NCBI GenBank assembly: GCA_002269645.1
Contig: NIVC01000784.1
Coordinates: 54,920-99,570, forward strand
Direction of reading: 5' to 3'
DNA length: 44,651 nucleotides
Origin: Macrostomum lignano
Taxonomy: Eukaryota
Position 1 is the stretch's first letter; every line of letters begins with the position of its first letter. Positions 37,700 through 44,651 of the stretch are shown piece after piece. The position numbers were made by a program, and so were the translations under genes. The notes below the pieces were generated by a model. It searched no databases, had not been told where the DNA came from, and saw only the letters and a program-made list of their open reading frames with translations.

Positions 37700-38015
37700 A
37701 ACCACCTGATCTCACTCACTATCCACCTCCTTATCGCACTTCATCCCATGCTCTATCCACCTCCTGATCTCATGCTCTATCGAACTTCTTATCTCATGCT
37801 CTATATACCTCCTCATCTCCTCATGCTATATGCAACTCCTGATCTCATGCTCCATCCAACTCCTGATCTTATGGTCTATGCAACTCCTCATCTCATGCAT
37901 ATCTACCTCCTCATCTTATGCTCTATGCAACTCCTCATGCCATGCTCTATCCGCCTCCTCGTCCCATGCTGTATGCAACTCCTCATCTCATGTTTATATC
38001 CAACTCCTCATTTCA
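37700..38015. repeat. Degenerate 24 bp minisatellite CTCCTGATCTCATGCTCTATCCAA
   Basis: About 13 degenerate units. Confidence 0.85.
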
Positions 38016-38787
38016 TGCAGATTAGATAATGATAAATTAATCAGAATTAAAATAAAGCTTTGACACTCTAAGAATGCTACTATGAGTAAAAAGGTTAATA
38101 TTCTGGGTAGAAAATTTCATTGGAAATCTGTGCAGACAGTAATTAGCTCGTACGCTTTGCTTAGTAAAACTTCTGACGGGAATTTACTACAGTCAGAATA
38201 TATAAAAGTCATCTCTTATTTCCAAATTCCAGCCGACTAAGAAGATTTCGCTCATTCATTTCCTCGTTTACGGCACTAAACTTAATATGCAGGACTCTAC
38301 CTACATGCCTCTTGATTTACAATTTTTTGATGCACTTTATATTCCCTGACGGAGTTAAAGAAGCGTCTGCAGGCTCATATACTTGAAAATGACATGAAAG
38401 ACTTGGAATAGATTTACAGATAAACACAACCTAAAAGACGTAGGCTCTGATAGATGCCAATTAATTTTGGCATAAAGCTAGCTATATAAACTTTTAAAAA
38501 TCAAAGAAAAGAGATGAAGCTCGAGGAAACGCCAGCCTGATCATCAGCAAGATTCGAGCCGGAGAGAGGATTAATACATGCATACTTTTATGCGCTCTCT
38601 TTATGCCCCTCCCCCAGGCTAGTTACCGGGAAAAGAAAAAAGCCTTCGAAAGAGATGCATAAAAGCGCAGAAGGATAGGTCGTGACTAAGGGAAAACTGT
38701 CCGTGATCTCTTAGGAACAAATATGCCAGAGAACCACTCAAATCAGCTTTGCAAAAATTGAAGAAAAAGTTCCCTTTTGATCAAGCC

Positions 38788-39249
38788 ATGAAATCTTTGT
38801 CTTGGAAGCTGCAAGCTGCCATGCTGTTGATGACAGCAATATTTTATAGAACCGAGTCACTGCTGGCCTCGTCAAGAAGGCAGAAGTACCAGCCCGACAT
38901 TACAACCAACAACAATTTTGAGCTGACAACGACAATGAGAAGCAACCCAGACGACATCAATACTGTCGATGATAGCAACGATCAGCATGTCGGCATTGGA
39001 CGAGCAATTCATAGCTACTATTTTGTCATTGTACCACTGTCTGCGCTTATTCTAGTATCGCTAGCTTGCGTTAATAAGCGCAGACACGTTGCGCACTGCT
39101 TTCAAGGCGGCGGCGGTTCTATTGGAGGAGACCAGCAGGGGAATTTCGAGTCTGTAGCAGCAGCGAACTATTCAGCTGGTGTCAGTCGTGCTGAGGGCCA
39201 GCAACTCTGCTGCAGGCTCCGGGACGTGCGCGACCGCAGTCCCTGCTGA
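38788..39249 (+). CDS. Hypothetical single-pass type I membrane protein (about 153 aa), no recognised family
   Basis: ATG in GCCATG context; signal-peptide-like N-terminus; T/N/D-rich stalk; TM segment YYFVIVPLSALILVSLACV followed by basic NKRRH; G/A/Q-rich tail; GC content above the flanks. Confidence 0.6.
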   Translation: MKSLSWKLQAAMLLMTAIFYRTESLLASSRRQKYQPDITTNNNFELTTTMRSNPDDINTVDDSNDQHVGIGRAIHSYYFVIVPLSALILVSLACVNKRRHVAHCFQGGGGSIGGDQQGNFESVAAANYSAGVSRAEGQQLCCRLRDVRDRSPC

Positions 39250-39814
39250 CCCCAACAGGAGACAAAAGTTTCGCCAGACTGTCCGATTCCAGTTTGAACG
39301 CCTTCAAATGAGCAAACCTTTGGATTTGAATATTTTGCTTTTTTAGTTCCCAAGAAGACCTCGTATTCCTTTCAGAACTTTAGGAAGCTTTGTTGCATAA
39401 AGAAAACTCATCAATAAGTTTATAAGACTAAAAATACAATCGTTTCTATTTGATTCTAACAAAGTACAGACTTCCTGATAATTTCATCTTGATAGGCTAA
39501 GCTACTTGCAGTAATTTCGTGGAAAATCCTGCGGATCTACAGTGCCTGTGAACAAGAGACAGATCCGTAACCATTGACAACCAATTGTTTATAGTGCGCC
39601 AATGTTGCAAAATACAAAGCCATGCATTAATTTGATTGGGTCGCAACGAGACAAATATGGGTGGCACCTGACGTTTTACTAAGAGTATTTAATCTGGGCG
39701 AAGAGCAATTGAACGGACCATCGCGTTGGACTGAGAGTAAAAAAGCGAACTAGAAACTATAGTAGGCATTTAGATAGAACTCTAATACACACGGGTCCAA
39801 TTCGATCTCTTTAA

Positions 39815-42363
39815 ATGGAGATCAGTGTGCAGGGTATATCGGACTTCGTCCGTTCAACAACGGCGCACGGCTTCAGCAGAATCCACAGCAGCGAATCGCT
39901 GCCAGTGAAGCTAATGTGGACGCTTTTTTAGTAACAGCGCTAGGTGGCTTCAGCTATCACCTGTCGCAACTGGTCCTGACCTTCATGAGCACCCCAGTGT
40001 CTGCCAACATCAGTCCCGGCGCGATTCCATTTGAGACGCCCGACATCACCGTCTGCGGAGTGACTCCGATTTCTTACTCAAACTACTACGAGACCGTGGC
40101 CAAGCATCCGAGTGTCTACGCCAATCTGTACTCATCGGCCGCTCAGCTGGCCTACATCAGCACGATGGTTGGCCTAGGTGGCCAGTACGAGACCCTCATG
40201 CCAATCGCCAAGGACATGTTCGATCCGAGCTTTTTATTGAGATACCTTGGCACTAGGCAGGAATATTTTATAGTGAAGTGCACGTACAAAGGCTACAATT
40301 GTTCGTTTACTGATTTTGAAAACTATTGGGTGAGCGAATATGGAAATTGCTTCAGATTTTCGCCGTCAGCGACGCTACTAAATCAGACTAAGGAAATAGC
40401 AGAGTTTTCGCTTGAGCTGGTAAGTCCAATAATAATGTTTCTTTCAAAGATGGGTTTCTATGAAGAGAGACTGATTTCTAAAGACCAGCAAGAATAGAAT
40501 GTGAAAGCGATCACACCTAAAGATGAGTTCTAGAACTCAGTGGCTTCACTGACGAAGGGTAAAGACTTCAGACAGCGAACAGGTTTGGGTCTGTCTTGAG
40601 TTCAAATGTATATGTAACTATGATGATTTCATTGTACTACAGGTACTTTTCACGGACAATTACCCAGTGCTTGGCAATCCGGAGTCCCTGACAATCTACG
40701 GTCGCCTGACAGCCGGCGTCACCTACGAAGGCATCTACGATGTGTCCAAATCTGGCGGAGCGATATTGTTCTACGGTGAAAAGGATCATTTTCCGCGAGA
40801 CTACATCAACCTGTCGCCAGGCGTGCACTCATACGTCGACTTTGAGATGGTTGAATATCAGTAAGCGCATATAAACACGCTTGATTTGGGAAATTCATGC
40901 CTTTGTTCTAGATTTGTAGATTTGTAGCTTTTGTAATATAGATCTATTGAGAAATGGTGTCTTATTGTTTTACAATAAGCTCGCTCAAAGCAAGGTATAA
41001 ACAGGATGCAATTTAATATTCTTTCAATCTTTCCTATTCCCATTCACCCGGGCGGCAACGTCTTTGAACCACCTTATTTTTGTTAGTTACGTGAGCCGCA
41101 ACTCAAAGAAGTGCAATCCGGACGACCAGTCCGTCTACTACGAAGACGCGGTGAAGAACCGGATCAAGTTTGTCAAAGGCAAGCAGGACTGTCAGTACCG
41201 CCAGCTATTAGAAAAGATTCTCAATGACTGCAAGTGCCTGTCAAGCGGAGTAGCGCCAGCCTACGCCAACGCCACGGAGGTTGTTAACGGTACGAAATGT
41301 CATTACATCTCCATGGCAACCAATGCGACGGAATTCAAACGCCGAACGCAGTGCGAATACGACTATCTTTTGAGGCAGAGCACGCTATTTAACGAGATGA
41401 CGGAGTGTGTAAACAACTGCAAGGAAAGAATCTACACGCCAATACTATCAATGGCTTCTTGGCCACTGAACAGTTTAGCTGTGTATTGCAAGAATAACAT
41501 TATGCAAGACCACATCAATCGGATGCTGGAAATGAACTATACAGTGCCAGATGTGTTCTACTATTTTAGGAACAATCTAACAACGGCCGATGAGGTGAAT
41601 AAGAATTACTTATTCCTGTCTAACTCTCAAGACTCGATTAATAGAATTGGGGAGCAATTAAAGAAATACAGCAGCTTAGCTAGCATTGGTCCAGAATGTT
41701 AAGTGGCAAAATAAACAAAGTACCGGGAGACAAGTGGATATATACGATGATACAAAGGCCAGACATAATAAAAAGCACTTTTAAAAACTTCATTCACAAA
41801 CAAGCGATGGAAACAATGGTGCATCTGCAGTTAACTTGCCATAATTACCCGATTTAAATCTGCAGGTTCAGACAAAGTTTGCCAGCAACTTTGCCCAAAT
41901 CAGTTTAGGCGCTTATCGTTCGTTCAGCATGATGGTGGAGGAAGTAGAGGCCTACATGCTGTCGAATCTTTTCTCAGACATTGGCGGCATTCTCGGTCTG
42001 TACTTAGGCATGTCTGTTCTAACCATTTGCGAACTATTCGAACTAATGTTTGTTATATCAGCCGAGCTGCGCACAGCCTATCAAGGATACAAGGAGCGCA
42101 TCGAGTGGAAGACCAAATTCATGCAGAGCCGCGCCCTGACAACAGCCGTAGCGCGCTTTGTGGCTTCGGCTCGGAGTAGGTCAGGCGCGAACAACAAAGC
42201 AGCGCCTACGAAGCCTACCTCCATGCCAGGCCAAGTGCCCTCCGCGGCTTCGAGTACATCAACTATCCAGGCCTGGGAGAAGGAGATCGCCAACAATATG
42301 GGCACCGGAAACGCTAGGAGCAAATTGACACCTGTGGAGATGACCAGCAGCAGTGGAAAATAA
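39815..42363 (+). CDS. DEG/ENaC (ASIC-like) amiloride-sensitive channel family subunit; exons 39815-40419, 40643-40860, 41087-41594, 41866-42363 (about 609 aa); one -1 frameshift at 39924-39929
   Basis: Pre-TM1 STTAHG motif; TM1 after KLMW; post-TM1 FETPDITVC; CTYKG..C..TDF, YGNCFRF; Cys-rich thumb; TM2 LSNLFSDIGGILGLYLGMSVLTICELFE with a G-M-S filter. GT-AG introns in phases 0, 2 and 0. Confidence 0.9.
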
Positions 42364-43294
42364 AACCCGAGACCGGATTGAAAATTTTATGAGACAGCTA
42401 ATTGGCTAAGCGAATTAACATTAAACGAAGCAGATCAAGAACACGAATGGCACAGTTTTTTACGCAACAGAAGCACACTTTCAAGTCCTTAAAATCACTG
42501 CATCTTTACTTTAGAATACGCGCCACCTCCTGCACTTTTAGTCAGCAAACATATTTTTTTGGCAAATGTGACATAAGGGCCAAAGTTTTTATCTTAGTAC
42601 AAAGTACTTGAATCCAATGTTAATCGCGAGAAAAACAATTTTATTCAAATCTATACTGACGGTTTATAACTTGTCTATATTAAAGCAACCTACAATAACT
42701 CTCAACACGATTACTATATGTTTAATCTGACTTGACCAGCACATGTTATTCGTTTCAACTTTTATCACCGTCTATCCAAAGTAAAAAGCCGAAATATTGA
42801 CCTTGAAACTTTTATTTCTTCAACCTAAATAAACGGAGAAATAAATAATAAACACACTGATATAAATTACACTAAGAATTAAAAAACTGGACGCACAATT
42901 CAGCTGTAGCTGGTACACAAGTGCCAATTCAATTGCCTGTTTATTAAGTTCACCAGGTTAACAAAAATTACGGTACTTGAAAACGCTTGAAAAAAACACT
43001 TATTGGTTTCACTTTAGCGAGTTGTAACACTTACTGTAGATCTGTATACTTCTACAGAAATATTACTTCAAGTTTTTTAGTACGTTAGTTGTCAGAAAAT
43101 GCCAATTACGAGCTAAATTTCATTTTTGCGATTGAAAAGTAGTTGACACGTTCGATTTACAAGAGTCAGTGAGTCTCAATCGTCGCAAATTCCTTGACAA
43201 AGAAATTCAAGTATTCAACCTGATACTTGGAACATTAAAATCAGCCAACCAGAAACATTTTGCATGATTGGAAATGAAAAGTCTTGCTCAAAGT

Positions 43295-43486
43295 TTACAC
43301 ATAGTTGAGCAGTTTCTCAATCAAATCCACATGCGATAGCAGCATCCGGCGACAGCAATACCGATTAATTTTGAGCATGTCCAGAGCGTCGCCTTCGCCA
43401 TAGCCGCCCTGCAGCATATTAATAAATTGTTCCCATTTGTCGCCAACAACTTTGCCGCAGGTGAAACAACGAATTGGGATAATCAT
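43295..43486 (-). CDS. POLR2L: DNA-directed RNA polymerases I, II and III subunit RPABC5 (RPB10), 63 aa, divergent
   Basis: [18 protein letters not shown]...EGDALD....[21 protein letters not shown] contains the zinc-binding CxxC and CC; ATG at 43486, TAA at 43295-43297. Confidence 0.93.
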   Translation of the reverse strand: MIIPIRCFTCGKVVGDKWEQFINMLQGGYGEGDALDMLKINRYCCRRMLLSHVDLIEKLLNYV

Positions 43487-43565
43487 TATTAAGCTCGATT
43501 TAGGCAAACTTCTAAGCGCATGAAAAGACGATGTAAAATGCAATTTTTTACTAATAACAGTAAAA

Positions 43566-43772
43566 ATTATTGATTACACCTGCCCTAATGGCCTGATGTG
43601 CAACCGACAGCTCAACCGCAACTATTGCGCTGCGCATTTGAAGGCTTCGTACGGTTGTTCAGTCACAGGCACACCCTTAATTACCCCAGCAATGCAGAGT
43701 TGTGCGTCTTGTTCAATGACACAAACGTGGGTCTAGAATCGAACCCCCGACCTTTCAGTCGTGAGTCGGACG
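43566..43772 (-). mobile_element. SINE copy with internal deletion, upstream of RPB10
   Basis: Reverse complement of the SINE 3' body (GATTACACCTGCCCTAATGGCC..GTGCAACCGACAGCTC) joined to part of the head (GAATCGAACCCCCGACCTTTCAGTCGTGAGTCGGACG). Confidence 0.85.
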
Positions 43773-44651
43773 TTACTGTTAAGAAGAGTCAACAATCAAA
43801 CCTAGGTCTCTGGGTTCTATGCATAAAAGTAGTATGATTAGGATATAACAAACATTCTATACATCCTTTACTAAAGCATAGATCGACAAAGAAAAGTACT
43901 TAGTGCCATATTGAAGTTCACATACTGGGTAATTATCATTTTATGTTAGGGAGCCGGTTTGGACTTGAGTAGGCAGCAATTATCTTACCAATTTGTAGAA
44001 CAATTTTGCGCCATAAATACCATCGTTATATAAATTGCTCCCCTCCCCCGCAAGAGACTGATTGGGCAATTACCTGTAAGTACACTGGATGCAATTGCTC
44101 AATCATAACTTATAAGGGCCACATGTGGCGCTTTTACTAAACGCCCCCTCCTCACACCAAGACTAACTAAGCGTCTAATTTCGCTATTGCAACATTTTTC
44201 ATAGGGCCTGCTTTGTAAGTTAGCAGAAGGGGCATCTGTCTGACACTTGCTTGTTTGTCTTGATAGGTTCGGGCATACTACTAGTAAGTCATAATAATAA
44301 CTCGATGGCGCCAGGAATGAAATACAAAAATGAAGCAAATCAAACACACCACATTATCTGCTCTAAAGCCGTGCAAGCACTGGTAAAATGAAGCGCATTT
44401 TCTCTGACATTTATTGCTGCAAATTAAAGAGACGAAAAAAGGTAAAAACTTAAAAATGCTATAATCTGTTTTGCTTAATTCAACTAGACAATTTAATAGA
44501 ATATTGGACAGCACCGGCACTTTTTCGGGGATGCACTGAAGTGGTGATTTTTGAAAGCACTTTTCACATGTAGAAAGCAAGTGTTGACAATTGGATTAAA
44601 TAAACTGTGGATTTGGATGACAATTTAGAATTGGTTTGTAGAAAAAAACGC

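Noticed and set aside
44099-44580. Cys-rich minus-strand ORFs near the window end
   Set aside because: No recognisable domain spacing, AT-rich composition and no convincing splice sites.

Overview
Eukaryotic (metazoan) genomic DNA with GC-rich exons and AT-rich, minisatellite-laden introns. The style suggests a free-living flatworm such as Macrostomum, but this is inference only. Six recognisable genes were reconstructed by eye with GT-AG exon structures: Xaa-Pro dipeptidase PEPD (4 exons), TAPT1 (2 exons), GATOR2 subunit MIOS (8 exons), an NK5/HMX homeobox gene (2 exons), a DEG/ENaC channel (4 exons) and a divergent intronless RPB10/POLR2L on the minus strand. Two further candidate genes are an intronless secreted PAN/Apple + C-type lectin nested on the same strand in PEPD intron 2, and an orphan single-pass membrane protein just upstream of the channel. 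Mobile DNA comprises five copies of a tRNA-headed, CORE-like SINE (one full length with a target-site duplication) and an internally deleted mariner with ~200 bp TIRs, possibly nested in an older hAT-like element. About 17 tandem arrays cover roughly a quarter of the window. MIOS and the DEG/ENaC gene each need a -1 frameshift at a homopolymer, most simply an assembly error. I see no clear-cut novel biological system. The best leads are the nested lectin flanked by inverted SINEs, the gene-selective intron minisatellites, the orphan membrane protein and the divergent RPB10.
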